From assembly GCF_036321535.1 (NCBI RefSeq), contig NC_087437.1, forward strand, positions 80,726,001 through 80,790,000: a stretch of 64,000 nt of DNA, given 5' to 3'. Below are positions 1 to 14,100 of this stretch, in pieces. The notes below the pieces were generated by a model. It was not told the DNA's origin, ran no database searches, and worked only from the letters and a program-made list of their open reading frames with translations. The DNA comes from Camelus dromedarius (Eukaryota). How positions within the stretch are numbered: position 1 is the stretch's first letter; each line of letters begins with the position of its first letter. Both the position numbers and the translations under genes were made by a program.

Positions 1-819
1 CATCCTATTTGAGATTTGAAGTGGCATATGTCAGTGTTACCTTGCTTCCTTTTTGCTTTAGACTTCACAGTATTTGCTGTGTGCTTTATTGTTACTGGAG
101 TTTGAAGCATTACCAAAACCTTGCTTCGTTGTTTCACCCATATGCCGTAGGTTTCAATGAAAAAAAAAAAAAAAGGATAAATGCCATTTTCTATAGTCCA
201 TAGCAGAATTTTATCTTATGTATTTATTTGTGGTTTTTGTTGAGACATAATTATATAAAATAGGCTGCACAAATCTTAGGCATATAATTGAATGAGCTTT
301 GACTAATTTAACACATGCAACCAATATCTTAATGAAATAGAGCATCGTCACGGTCCTTAAAAGTTCCCTTATGTCTCTTTCCATTGTGTCTTCTCTTTTC
401 CTGCTGTCCCTGTTCCCACCATGTTCCTCACAACCAATTTTCTGATTTTATATCTGTAAGATAGTTTTGCCTGTTCATACAGTATATACTTTTTTGCGGT
501 TGCCCTCTATTGCGCAGTTAAATGCTGTTGAAACTGATTCCTGTTTTGTATTTATCAGTGATTTGTTCCTTTTTATTGCTAAGTAATATGCTATTATATG
601 AATATAACAGCAATTTAATTCTCATATTGATGGACTTTTGGGCTTGGTTTTAATTTGCATTGCCCTGTTGACTAATGGAGTTATAACATTTTCATATGCT
701 GATTAGCTGCTGTTTATCTTCTTTTTTTTGTAAAGTGTCTGTTCAGATTTTTTGCCCTTTTTAAAATAAATTTTATTGACAGTTTATGTATAATTAAATT
801 AATCTATTTTAAGTGTTCT

Positions 820-1106
820 TTTTTAAACTTAATATTTTTATTGAAGTATATTCAGTTTATAATGCATCAATTTCTGGTGTATAGCAGAATGCTTCAGTCA
901 TACATGAATATACATATATTCGTTATCATATTCTTTTTCACCATAAGTTAGCTACAAGATACTGAATATGGTTCTCTGTGCTATACAGTGTAAACTTGTT
1001 TACCTATTTTATATATAGTAGTATCTGCAAATCTCAAACTCCCAATTTATCCTTTCCCATTCCCTTCCCCTCTGGTAACCGTATGTTTGTTTTCTATGTC
1101 TGTGAC
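820..1106 (-). mobile_element. 5'-truncated lineage-specific LINE-1 3' end
   Basis: L1 3'UTR sequence shared with the copies at 23425, 51556 and 55665. Perfect 14-bp TSD attttaagtgttct at 806-819 and 1107-1120. Confidence 0.88.
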
Positions 1107-1120
1107 ATTTTAAGTGTTCT

Positions 1121-2536
1121 GAATTTTGACAAATGTATATACACTTTTGCAACCACCACTGTAATAAATGGGTCTGTGTGTGTGTGTTTGTATTTATTTA
1201 TAATTTTTTTCTTGGTGTACACTCTTATGAGTTACAAGACCTGTAGAGGCTCCTATAACTCCTATAACTATCATCACAGTGAAGATAGTGTACAGTTCCA
1301 TCACTCCAAAAAATTCCCTGGTGCTGTCCCCTTTGTAGTTACTCTCTATCCCCATCCCTAATCCATGGTAACGTTGTTTTCTGTACCTGTACTTCTACAT
1401 TTTCCATAATGTCATATGAATGAAATCACAGAATAAATAATGGGTTTTTTTTAAATAAATAAATGTTTTGAGAGTGACTTTTTCACTCAGCAAAATGCCA
1501 TTGAGATTTCATCCATGTTGTTGTGTATATCAGTAATTTGTTTAACCATTCCTCCATTGACGACTGAAGGACATATGGGTCGTTTCCAGTTTTTGGCAAT
1601 TAGGAATAAAGCTGCTATACATACTTGCACACATTTTTTTTAAGCATAAGTTTAAATTTTTCTAGATTAAATGCCTAGAAGTGGGATTCCTGAATCATAT
1701 GGTAAGTCTATATTTAACTGCAAAAACTGTTTTCCAGACTGGTTATACCAATTTTCATTCCCAGCAGCAATATATGGAGGCTTCTGGGTGTTCTGTAATT
1801 TTGTCAGCACTTGGTACTATCTGTTTATTAATCTTTTAAAATTAATAGACTTTATTTTTTAGACTAGTTCTAGATTTACTGAAAAATTGAAGGAATAGTA
1901 CAGGCAGTACCCATAGGCTCTTCATTCTGCCCTGCCCTGACTCAGTTTCCCTATTATTAATATCTTGCATTACTGTGGTACATTTGTTATAATTAGTGAG
2001 TCAAATACTGATACATTATTATTTTTTAAAATTGTGATGTAATTGTCATATAACATTTTATTAGTTTTAGGTGTACAACATAATCATTGATACATGTGTA
2101 AATTGCAAAATTATTGCCACAATAAACTTAGTAAGTTTAGTTAACATCCACCACCGTACATAGTTACACTTCTTTTTTTTTTTTTTTCTTACGATGAGAC
2201 TTTTAAGATCTACTCTCCTAGCAGCTTTCAAATATACAACGCAGTATTGTTAACTAAATCCCCCAGGACCTATTTAACTTCTAAGTGGAAGTTTATATCT
2301 TTTGACCACCTTCATCCATTTCCTCCAACCCTCAACCCCTGTCTCTGGCAACTGCAAATCTGTTCTCTGTATTGATTTTTTTTTAGTATTCCACGTGTAA
2401 ATGGCATCATACAGTATTTGTTTTTCTCTGTCTGACTTATTTTACTTAGTATTATGCCCTGGAAGTCCACCCATGTTGTTGAAAATGGCAAGATTCCCTT
2501 CTTTTTTTATGGTTGAATAACATTCTGTTAGTGTGT

Positions 2537-2568
<32 letters not shown>

Positions 2569-5500
2569 GTGTACCACATTTTATTTATCCATTCGTCAGC
2601 TGATGGACACTTAAGTTGTTATGTGCCTTGGCTATTGTAAATAATGCTTCAGTGAACATGGGGTTGAAGATTTTTTTTCAGGTAGTTCTAACAGGTATGT
2701 ATGGATATCTGTTTTACCTTGCAGTTGCCTAATGGCATATTTTATTGAGCTTCTTTTCTTATGCATATTTGTCATCTGTATATCTTCTTTGGTGAAGTGT
2801 ATGTTCATATCTTTGTCTCATTTTAAAAATCGGGTTATTTTCTTATTTTTGAGTTTTAATAGTTGATTATATGTTTTGGATACCAGTCCTTTATCAGATA
2901 CATGTTTGCAAAGATTTTTTTTTCTAGTCTGTGTCTTAACTTTTACTCTTAATAACAGTGTCTTTCACAGAGCAGTTTTTAATTTTAATGAAGTCCAAGT
3001 TATCAGTTTTTCCTTCATGGATTGTGCTTTAGGTGTTATATCTAAGAAGTAATTGTTCAACTGAAGGTCACCTAGATTTTCTTCTGTGTTATCTTTTGGG
3101 AGTTTTACAGTTTTGCATTTTATATTTAGATCTATGGTCCATTTTCAGTTAATTTTTGTGAAAGGTATAAGATTTGTATCTTTATTTCTTTATACATGGA
3201 TGTCCAGTTGTTTTTGCATCATTTGTTGAAAAGACTAGCCTTTCTCCATTGAATTGACATTGTTCCCTTGTTAGAAATTAGTTGATTATATTGTGTGGAT
3301 CTGTTTCTCAGCTGTCTGTTCTGTTGATCTATTTGTCTGTTCTTTCATCAATACCAGGCCTTTTGGTTACTATAACTTTATAGTAAGTCTTGAAGGTGGG
3401 AGTATCTATCCTCTGAGCTTGTTCTTTAAAATTGTGTTGGCTATTCTGGGTCTTTCACATTTCTATTTAAAATTTAGAATCAGTCTCTTGATACCCACAA
3501 AATAACTTGCTGGAATGTTGATTGGAATTGTGTTGATTCTATAGATCAAGTTGGGAAGAACTGACATCTTGACAGTGTTGAATCTTCTTATCCATGTGCA
3601 TGGGATATCTGTTTATTTGTATGTTTGATATTTTTCATCAGAATTTTATAGTTTTTTCATATAGATTTTATACGTCTTTTTAAAGATTTGTACCTAAGTG
3701 TTTAATTTTCCAGCTAATGTAAATGGTATTGTGTTTTTAACTTCAAATTCTAATAGTAAGAATTTCTTTCATGTAAGAAAGCAATTAATTTTTGTATATT
3801 CATCCTATTTCCTGAACCATTGCTATAATTGCTTATTAGTTCAAGAAGTTTTTTTTTTTAAATTGATTCTTTGGGATTTTCTTCATAGATACTTATGTCA
3901 TCTCAAATAAAAGGTTTATTTTTTCTTTCCCAATCTGTATACCTTTTATTTCATTTTCTTGTCATATTTCATTATGTAGGACTTCCAGTATGAGGTTGAA
4001 TAGGAGTGGTGAAAGGTAACATCCTTGCTTTGTTCTCAATCTTAATATGAAAGCATATGGTTCCTCACCATTAAGTATGTTGGCTGTAGGTTTATTGTAA
4101 ATATTCTTTATCAGATTAAAAATATTCTCCTTTATTCCTAGTTTGCTGAGAGTTTAAAAAAATCACAAATGGCTTTTGGGTTTTTGTCAAATTCTTTTTC
4201 TTCATCTATTGATATGACCATTTCATTTTTCTTCTTTAGCTTGTTGACATTAATGGATTATTCAGATGCTTAACCAACATTTCATACTTGAAATAAATCT
4301 CACTTGTTCATGATATATAATTCTATTTATACTTTGTTGGATTTGATTGTGCTGAGAATTTTTGCACCTTGATCGTAAGAGGTATTATGTAGTTTTCTTT
4401 TTTTGTAATGTATTTTTCTGGTTTTGGTATTAAGGTAATGCCTGTCTCATAGAATGAGTTTGGAAGTGTTCTGCTTCCATTTTCTGGAAGAAATTGTGGA
4501 GAATTTTTATAATTGATTCCTTAAATGTTTGGTAGAATTCACCAGTGACCCAAACTGGGCCCAGTGCTTCCTATTTTGGAAAGTATTAAATACTGATTCA
4601 ATTTCTTTAATAGATATGGCTATACTCAGATTATGTATTTCTACTTTTGTAAATTTTGGTCAATTCTGTCTTTCAAGGTGTTGGTCCATTTCACTTACAT
4701 TTTCAAATTTGTGGGCTTTGAGTTGTTTATAGCATTTCTTTATTACTTCTGTATAATGTCCATTTCATCAGTACTGATCCTCCCTCCTTGATTTTTGATA
4801 TTAGTAATTCATGTCTTCTTTTTTTTTCTTGGTTAACCTGTGTAGAGGTTTATCATTTTTATTGATCTTTTCAAAGAACCAGTTTTTGGTTTAGTTGATT
4901 TTCTGCGTTGATTTCCTATTTTCAACTTTATTGATTTCTGCTCTTTTCTTTCTTTCTTTTCTTTTGCTTACTCTGGAATAAATTTGCCCTTCTTTTTGAA
5001 ATTTCCAAAACTGAAAGTTTAGATTATTGGTTTTAGAATTGTCTCCTTTTTCAATACATGCATTGAATGCTACAGATTTCCTTTTAAGCATGTGAGCTTG
5101 AGAAGAGTGTGTATTCTTCTGTTTTTAGTTGGAAGTATTCTATAAATATTAATTAGATCCAGTCGATTGATGGTTTTTTTCAGTTCAATAATGTCCTTAT
5201 TGATTTTCTGCTTGTTGGATCTGTCTATTTCTGATGGAGTCATATTGAAGTCTTTAACTATAATTGTTGATTTGCCTATTTGTCCTTGTATTTCTGTTGG
5301 TTTTTGCCTTGTGTATTTTGGTGCTCTGTTGTTAAGCATATATGCAGCAAGGTTTGTTATGTCTTCTTGGAGAATTAACCCATCTATTATTCTGTAATAT
5401 TCCTCTTTATCCCTGTATCCTCAAAATTTGATACTTTTTTTTTTTCCCTTGAAGTCTCAGTCTGGAGTTAATACAGCTACTCTAACTTTCTTTAGTTTTG

Positions 5501-5930
5501 TTAGAATGGTATATCTTTCTTCATCCCTTTAGTTTTAATCTGTTTGTGTCTTTGTATTTCAAGTGAGTTTATTATATATAATGTAGAGTAGGGTCTTTTT
5601 TTTTTTAAAATCATAGGTTGATTTTCAGATATTGAACCACTTTTATGTCCTAGAATAAACTCTAATCAGTCATATTGTATTACTCTTTTTATATATTGCT
5701 GGTTTTGATTAGCAAATTTTTGTTGAGTATTTTTGTCTGTACTTACCAGGGATATTGGTCTTTAGTTTTCTTGTACTGTCACTACATCAATTTGGTATCA
5801 GTGTAATATTTGCCTTATAGAATGAACTGGGAATTGTTCTCTTGTAGTTGATAGAATAGGTTGTATAGGATTCATTTTATTTTCTTCTCAAATGTTTGTT
5901 TGAGTTGCTAGGAAAACTCTGAGGGCCTAC
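1121..5930 (-). mobile_element. Old LINE-1 (L1MC/MD-like) 3'UTR + ORF2 remnant with nested L1 3' fragments (~1850-2680)
   Basis: Minus-strand ORFs 5070..5339 (NNRAPKYTRQK...IIVKDFN...DRS...LDLINIYRIL, ORF2 endonuclease region) and 4891..5091. Many stops and frameshifts. Confidence 0.85.
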
Positions 5931-5934
5931 AGGC

Positions 5935-6200
5935 ACAGGGCTTATGGCATGGAGGGTGGCAGCTCGATTTATAAAAGGGTAGCAGAAAAGATCTTCATGA
6001 TACAGTTGTTCTGTGTCTTGATTTTGCTTGTAGTCACAGAGATGTGTACATGTGATAAAATTGCATAAGACTAAATACACGCACACATACATGTGCATGT
6101 AAAGCAGGTGAAATCTTAATAAGGTCATGGATTGTTTCAGTGTCAATTTCCTGGTGATGATATTATTCCATAGTTATACACGGGGAAAACTGGTTGACGA
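5935..6200 (+). mobile_element. Old L1 (L1MC/MD-like) 3'UTR fragment
   Basis: gttctgtgtcttgatt...tacatgtgataaaattgcataagact...gtcaatttcctggt resembles L1MC/MD 3' consensus. Confidence 0.6.
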
Positions 6201-7539
6201 GAATAGCAGATTCCCCAGACCTTCTCCCAACCCCCAGTTTATCCAGCTGTTCAGTAGATATTGGTTAGCAAATAATTTCAGCTTATGTTTTCTGATAAAT
6301 GTTTTCATTGTTGGCATTACATGTTCCTAATTTGGAAATTAGATGAATAGTCAATAGAATTAAAATCCTGAAATAAAAGTTAAATCATAAACATTAATCT
6401 CAATTGGGTGAAAAGTCATCATCCATCTTTATTACAGTGAGCTGTGACAGGGATAAGTAGTTGTGAGCAAAGTCAATATTTTCTTCCGGATGCAGATTTG
6501 GCTTCTTTTTAGTATCCAAGGAGGCATTCAGTTGAGACTGAGAACCCTGCACCACTTAGAATGCATGTAGAATTGATTTTGTCCAAGAAAAATTTCAGTC
6601 GAGTTCCTATGGAACATTTAATTTTAATTATGGTATTTTATTTTGATATCCCTGCCAGAATGAGAGTTTCAAAATTAGGTGACTAAATGAGTTGATCTTG
6701 TCTATAAACAAAGTCTTTTATTCTTCTAAAAGTCTTCTTCATATTTAAATTGAAACTATTTCATACTATTTCTAACTTCCTATTTGTGATCAGATAGCTT
6801 TCAGAATAGGTATGTGAATAAATTCCCATTCATAATCAGATTGTGGGAGAATTCTTTATTATCTGATTTTTATTTTTTCAGAGATGAATAAAATATTATT
6901 TAATTCATTTAGTAAAAAATCATATCTGTGAAAAATAAAAATTGTGCAGTCTACAATTCTAATCTAGCTTTTTAAAAGAAAATATGTGAATATTTCAGTG
7001 TGATATTAAATATAAGAAACAATTTTATCAAAATCTAAGTGATTTTTGTTTTCCCTTGATAACATCTCTAGGTATACTCCAGGTTACCCTTGGATATGGT
7101 AGGATTGGAGAAAGGCATTGAAACATCTTACTGTTATTTAGAGTTAATAAAATTTTAATCAGTCCCCTCCTCTGCTATTACATTTATCTTCATTTTGTCT
7201 CATTGTGTTTATTTCATTTTTTGTAATAGTTTAGAAATTCTTATTCTTTTCCCTTCTCTTTGGTAGGAATTACATTTCTTTTCTCTACAGAATTGAGACC
7301 CAAAGACTAGTACTCTCATCATTTTGCAAATATAGGCAAAACCTAATTACATTGTGATTAGTGGGGTATAAAAAATTCAATAACAAAAAATGTGAAGGTT
7401 GAATTTACTGTGAGATTAGTGAAACAGTTTCAGGGAACTAGTTGGCCAGTAGTTCTGAGATTCCACCTTGTGAGCTTAGTTATTCCCAGTTCTGGTTGCA
7501 GTTTGATGTAAACAAATAATATAATTTATTATGAGAAGT

Positions 7540-8050
7540 GTTATCAGTGATAGAGATATATAAAATGGTGTTACCGAAGAGATACTGATGTACTCTTCTA
7601 GAGAGTAAGGAAGGCTTCATAGGTGGTGTGGGTCTGGGACTTAATGGACAAGGAGAACTGGGAAGGGAAAAGCACATTCTAGTAAGAGGAAACACGTACA
7701 GAGAGATGTCAAAGGGTCTGAATGGCATGCACTTTCAGGGAACTACATATAGTTTAGTGTTGTCAGAGGAGATTCATCGGAAGCAGAAGTGAGAAAGATA
7801 AGTCAGTTCTTTATTTTTTTTCTCCTTTAGGTAGTGGGAAATGCTTAGGAATTTAAGCTGGAGAATGACATCAGATTTGCATTTTTGAAAGATTTAACTT
7901 TCATGATGGAGTAGCTGCTGGATTGGAGGGAGAAGAGACCATTTGCAGGGAATCCCGTTAGGAGAACGTCACAAGAGTCTAGATCAGAAATAAGAAGAGG
8001 CAGAACCAAGACAGTGATAGTGAAAATGGAGAAAAGGTGTATTTTCAATC
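7540..8050 (-). mobile_element. LINE-2 fragment
   Basis: ttaagctggagaatgacatcagatttgcattttt...ggattggaggg...gttaggag is the reverse complement of the L2 3' region. Confidence 0.65.
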
Positions 8051-8384
8051 TAGTTGAAAATACTGGTACATTTACATTTTGTAGTGAAATGGAAGTGACT
8101 ATGTTTAGGTTGATAGCTTGATATGAAGAATTTTTGAGAATTTGTATTATTTAAAATTACAGCATTGGAAGGAGCATAGGCTTTTATGTCAGACAGACTT
8201 GGTTTCGTTGGTCAGATTTATTCTCTGAACTTTACTTCCTACTTGTAAAGTATGAGTTTTATACTATGCAGAACTATGGTGATAATGAGATAACAGTGCC
8301 TGGAAAGTAAAAAGGACAATGTTTATTGAGGACTATCTTGTTTAAGATGTTTTTCATTACTTGAATTTTTTTTTAATCTTTTAA

Positions 8385-9735
8385 AAATTTATTTTAAATT
8401 ATGATAAAATACACATAGCATAAAATGTATCATCTTAACCATTTTTAAGGGTACAGTTCACTGGCATTTAGTACATTCACATTGTTGTACAACCACCACC
8501 ACCACCATCCATCTCCAGAACTCTTTACATCTTGCATAACCAAAACACTATACCCTTTAAATAATATTTCCATTTTCACCTCTTCCATCCCCTGGCAACC
8601 ACTATTCTACTACTTTCTATTTCTGCATATTTGACTACTATACATACTTCATATAACTTGAATCATACAGTATTTGTCTTTTTGTTACTAGCTTATTTTA
8701 CTTACCATAATGTCATTGCGTTGGGAAAAACCCATCATCCTCCTGTGTTTCTCCTGTACTCTCATACTACTGTCATACTCACAGCACTTCTCACACCAGA
8801 TATTTGAGAGTTTTTCCCCACCATGCAATCCTCTGGGCTATTAGCTGGGTGTTCTATAATTTCTCTCTATTTTGACACTGTCTACCTGGAGATAGTTTCA
8901 GATCCCACAGGTTATGGGCTCGGTCCTAAGACTGCTCTCACTCTACTTCAGATGCCAATCACAAGTCCAGGTTGTCATGTACTTCTGACTGGCTGGCTAT
9001 AAATCTGAGATTCCTGTGACTCCCTTCTCAGGTTTGATGACTTTGTGCTAGAGCAGTTCATAGAACCCAGAGAAACACTTATTTACACTTACCAGTTTAT
9101 TAAAGGATATGATAAAGGGTACAGATGAGCAGCCAAATGAAGACACACATAGGGCAAGGTCTGGGAAGGTCCTGAGTGCAGGAGCGTCTGTCTCTGGAAT
9201 TGGGGTGTGCCACCTTCCTGGTATGTGGATGTGTTCACCAATCTGAAAGCTCTTCCAACTTCATACTATTGGGGTTTTAATGAAGGCTTCCTCACATAGG
9301 CATGATCAATAATGAACTCTATTTTCAGCCCTCTTCCTTTCTAGAGAATGGGAGAGCAGGGCTGAGAATTCCAAGCTTTTGATATTGGCTTGGTCTTTCT
9401 TCTGACTTGGCCCCTATCCAGGAGCCATCCAGGAGCTCACCCAGAGTCACCTCATTAGGGCAAAAGTCACTCCTATAACCCAGGAAATTAAAAGGGTTTT
9501 AGGAGCTCTCCGCCAGGAACTGGGGGAAGAAACCAATATAAATATTTTTTATTATCTCACAGTCGTCAAGGTTCATCTATCTTGTAGCATATATCATAAT
9601 TTCCTTCCTTTTTAAGGCTGAGTAGTATTTTGTATGTATATGTCACATTTTATTATTATTGATGTTATTCATGGGACAGTTGAGTTGCTGCCACCGTTTA
9701 GCTATCATCAACGATGCTGCTATGTACTAAATCTC
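8385..9735 (-). mobile_element. L1MB/L1MA-like 3' end split by an LTR
   Basis: L1 text cataatgtcat|caaggttcatc rejoins across the LTR at 8717-9561. Confidence 0.75.
8717..9561 (-). mobile_element. Solo LTR, MER21-like (ERVL class)
   Basis: TG...CA termini. 5-bp TSD gtcat (8712-8716) / gtcgt (9562-9566). Minus strand starts tgtgagataataaaaaaatatttatattggttt...gagctcctaaaaccctt, as recalled for MER21B. Confidence 0.85.
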
Positions 9736-9769
9736 TGAGAAGACAGTGTTTTAAATTTATTACATATAT

Positions 9770-9890
9770 AATCATTATAAATCCTTGTAAGATTGCTACT
9801 ATTGTTACATTCATTTTCAGGCAAGGAAACTAATGCATAGAGAAGATAAATAATTTATTTGCCTAGATTCACACTATTTGTATATTAACT
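9770..9890 (-). mobile_element. MIR fragment
   Basis: cattttcaggcaaggaaactaatgcatagagaagataaataa...tgcctagattcacac matches the MIR core (reverse). Confidence 0.6.
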
Positions 9891-10368
9891 AAATCAATTT
9901 TAACTTTTATTCCTAGTTGGATTAAATCTAAATGCTGTTAGTAAGATATCTGACTCATTCCTAAAGTTTTTCCATGTAGCAATTCACAGGGAAACTTGTA
10001 ATCCCTTCCAGTTGTTTATAAATGCAGTTACTTCAGAATCATAGATTATTTAACCTGGCATGTAATAGTTTTTTTATTCAGTACATTCACATTTTCTTAG
10101 TTATGTAAGCTCTTGAATCTCAAAGTGTTGATTTCCTGACTAAAGTTACCTTGACATTTTAAAATATCTTTCTAATATTATGTAGTGGACTTTTATTTCC
10201 ACACTGCAAAAGAGCCAGGTGTGTTGTAGATTGTACTTACCCCCCTCCTCTGTGAACCATTATAAATTTGGCTGTTTATCTTGAATCTGTAAATAAAAAG
10301 AAAATTTAAATGCCTCTTAATTGCCATATTGCTGTATTTATTATTGAAATTCCATTTTTTTTCCTTAG

Positions 10369-10466
10369 TGGAAAAGAAGCTTAAGAAATAAGGTCCTCTC
10401 TCTAGACCATAAAAGTAAAAAAGGTGTACGTGGACGTCCTGCCACTTCTAAGATGTCACCAGAAAG
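10369..10466 (+). CDS. SENP7: SENP7 coding exon (human exon 4 equivalent), 98 nt, phase 0 to 2
   Basis: Acceptor ccatttttttttccttag|TGG, donor GAAAG|gtaaga. Translates [32 protein letters not shown](R), similar to human WERSLRNKVISLDHKNKKHIRGCPVTSKSSPER (recalled). Too short to appear in the ORF track. Confidence 0.93.
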
Positions 10467-11179
10467 GTAAGATAAATGTGTGTGTGTGATGTAAGATGGG
10501 CTTATACTATGTATAGTGTGACAATGGGTGATTCATTTAACCTCTTTGGGTCTCAATTACCACAGTTTTTACAATACAAAGATTGAATTCAGTGGGTACG
10601 GTTAATTGTAAGCTCTGACTTTTTGTGATTCTAAGTTATCTTAACTCCTTGTTTTTGTGTGTTTGGAATATCTTGATAAGCCTTAGCTAATAAAGCAAGA
10701 GTTATATATAGACTCATTAAAATGCTTGATTCAGCATTTGTGGTCTGCAATGAAAAAGATGCTCCATTTAGCAACTGTGGTCTTATAGTCATATATTAAT
10801 AAATTATGGATATACTGGAATTAAATATCTGGGGGATTCAAATTACAATCATTAACAGAAGGAATTCAGAGCTAAATTTTTAGTGTTGGACATCAGTAAA
10901 TGCTTAAAAAGTTGTTATTTTCAAAAGGGTATTACCCTTTTTAGAATAGTGAATGAATAAAAAATGATAGTAACAAAGTAAAAATTACAATTGTTGGGAG
11001 TTTGCACAGATTAGAAGATTAATTGGAGTTCTTGAATTTATGTCAGAGCACTCTATAAGCTACTAGGTCTGAATTCTCACCTTTCAAGTAAATTGGCTGT
11101 AGAAAATAAACATATTGGTGACTCCATATTCTTACCGATCCTTATTTTCCGTCCCTCCTTCCCTTCCTTCCTTCTTTTC

Positions 11180-14100
11180 ATAGTTGTCCTAGTGGGTGTG
11201 AAATGGTATTTCATTGTGGTTTTGATATGCATTTCCTAACGATACTGAGTGTCTTTTCATGTGCCTGTTGGTCATTTGTATATCTTCTCTGGAGGAATGT
11301 CTGTTTAGATCATTTGCCCATTTAAAAATTATACTGTTTATCTTTTTATTGTTGAGTTATAAGAGTTCTTTATATATCCTGGATACAAATCCTTATCAGA
11401 TATGTGATTTGCATATATTTTCTCCCACTCAACTTTTCACTTTCTTGATGTTGTCCTTTGAAGCACACCAGTTTTTCATTTTGATGACGTCCCATTTATC
11501 TATTTTTCTTTTGTTGCTATGCTTTCGTTGTCGTATCTAAGAAACTGTTGCCTAATCTGAGATAATGATGATTTACTGTTGTGTTTTCTTCTAAGAATTT
11601 TATAGTTATAGCTCTTGGATATAGATCTTTTATCTATTTTGAATTAATTTTTGAGTATAACATGAGATAGGCATCCAAATTTGTATTTTGTTTGTGAATA
11701 TGCAATTGTCTGAGCAACATTTATTGAAAAGATATCAATTTTTTTTGCTCCCTTTGTTGAAAATCAATTGACAGTAAATATAAAGGTTTATTTCTGGATT
11801 TGGAATTCTAGTCCATTAATCTATATGTCTATTTTATTTCTGAATTTGGAATTCTAGTCCATTAATCTATTTGTCTGTTTTTGTGTCAGTACCACTGTGT
11901 ACTGCATACTGTATTATTGCAACTTTGTAGTAAGTTTTGAAATTGGGAAGTGTGAGTCTTTTAAGTTTATAATATTTTTCAAGATCATTTGGTTCTGAGT
12001 TCCTTGCATTTTCAGTTGAATTTTCGAATCAGGTTGTCATTTTTAACAAAAAGCCAGCAAGGATTTTGGTAGAGGATGTGTTGAATCTGTAGACCAGTTT
12101 GGGAAGTTTTGTCATCTTAACAAGTTAAGTCTTCTGATTAATGAATATGAGCTATCTTTCCATTTATTTAGGTCTTCTTCAGTGTATTTCAACAGTGTTT
12201 TGTAGCTTTCAGTGTGTCTTGGACTTTTATTGTTAAATTTGTTTCCAAGTATTTTTTTTTTTTTGGTGCTGTTGTGAATAGAAGTATTTTAGGAATCCCA
12301 CTGATTTATGTATGTTGACCTTATATACTGTGACCCTGTTTGTCTTATTAGTTCTAGGAGTTTTTAGTAGATTCCTTAGAATTTTGTATATACAAGATCA
12401 TGTCATCTCCAAGTAAAGACAGTTTTACTTCTTCCTTTTCAACTAGAGGCTTTTAATTTTTTTCCCCCTTGCCTAATTGCCCTGGCTAGAACTTAGACAA
12501 TGTATAATGGAAGAGGTGAGAGTGGAAATCTTTGTTTTGTTCCCACTCTCAGAGGGAAAGCATTCAGTGTTTCACTATTAGGTATGATGTTAGCTATAGG
12601 TTTTTTCATTGATGTCCTGCTATGGTTTGAATGTTTGTTATCTCCCCAGAGTTCATGTGTTGAAATCCTAATGCCCAAAGTGATGGTATTTAGAGGTGGG
12701 GCCCTTGAGGGGGTGCTTAAGTCATGAGAGTGGAGCCCTCATGAATGGAATTAGTGCTCTTTTTATTAAAAAAAAAAAAAAAAGGACCTCACAGAACTTC
12801 CTGGTCCTTTCTACCACGCGAGAACATTGTGAGAAGTCCGCAGTCTACAACCCAGAAGAGGGCCTTCACCAGAACCCAGCCATGCTGACTGGCATCCTGA
12901 TCTTGGACTTCCCAGCCTCCAGAACCGTGAGAAATAAGTGTTTGTTGTTTATAAGCTGCTGAGTCTGTGATATTTTGTTATAGCCTGAACAGACGAAGAC
13001 ATGCTTTTTTTCATGTTGAGGTAGTTCCCTTCTGCTCTTCATTTTTTGGAGGCTTTTTATCATGAATGTGTGTTGATTTTGTCAAATGCCTTTTCTGCAT
13101 TTATTACATGTGATTGGTATCCTGTATTAATATAATGTATTACATAAATTGATTTTTAGATCTTAAACTAATTTTGCATTCCTGGGATGAATCCCATTTG
13201 ATCCTGATTGATGATCCCATTTATATATTACTGGATTCAGTTTGCTAGGATTTTATTGAGGAACTCTTATGTTTGTATTCAGAAGAGAAATTTGCTCACC
13301 TGCCTTTTTTTTTATGTTGTCGTTGTCTGGCTTTGGAATCAGGCTAATAATGGCCTTATAGAATGAGTTGAAAAGTGTTCTTTCTTCATTTTCTGGAAGA
13401 GTTTTTGGAAGATTGGTATTAATTCTTGTTTAAATGTTTAATAAAATTCATCAGTGAAGCTGTCTGGTCACTGGTGTTTTGTGTGTGTTTGTGAAGTTTT
13501 CAAATTACAAATTCAAATTTTTGCTTGTCATGAATCTATTGAGATTTTCTTTTTTTTAATAAGTCAATTTTGGTACCTTGTGTCTTTCTAGGAATTTGTG
13601 TTTTTATGTAACTTATCTAATTAACTGGCATATATTTGTTCATAGTATTCTATTATACTGTTTAAACTTTCTATAATATTGTTAGTGATGACCCGTCTTT
13701 CATTCCTGATTTTAGTAATTTGAGTGTTTTTTGTTGTTGTTGTTCAGTCTGTCTAGATATTTATAAATTTTGTTGATCTTTTCAAAGAACCAACTTTTGG
13801 TTTCATCAATATTCTCTGTTGGTTTTCCTTATTCAATTTCATTTATGTCCACTATAATCTTATTTTCCTTATTCTCCTTGTTTTGGACATAGTTTGTACT
13901 TCTTTTTGTAATTTCTTAAGGTGTATGGTTTGGTTATTGACTTGAGACCTGTCTTCTTTTCTAATATAGATATTTAGTTTTAAATTTTATTCTAAGTGCT
14001 GAGTTAGCTACACCTTACAAATTCTGGTATGTTGTGATTTTCTTTTCATTAATCTCAAAAGTATTTTCTAATTGCTGGTATGATTGATCCATTTGTTTAA

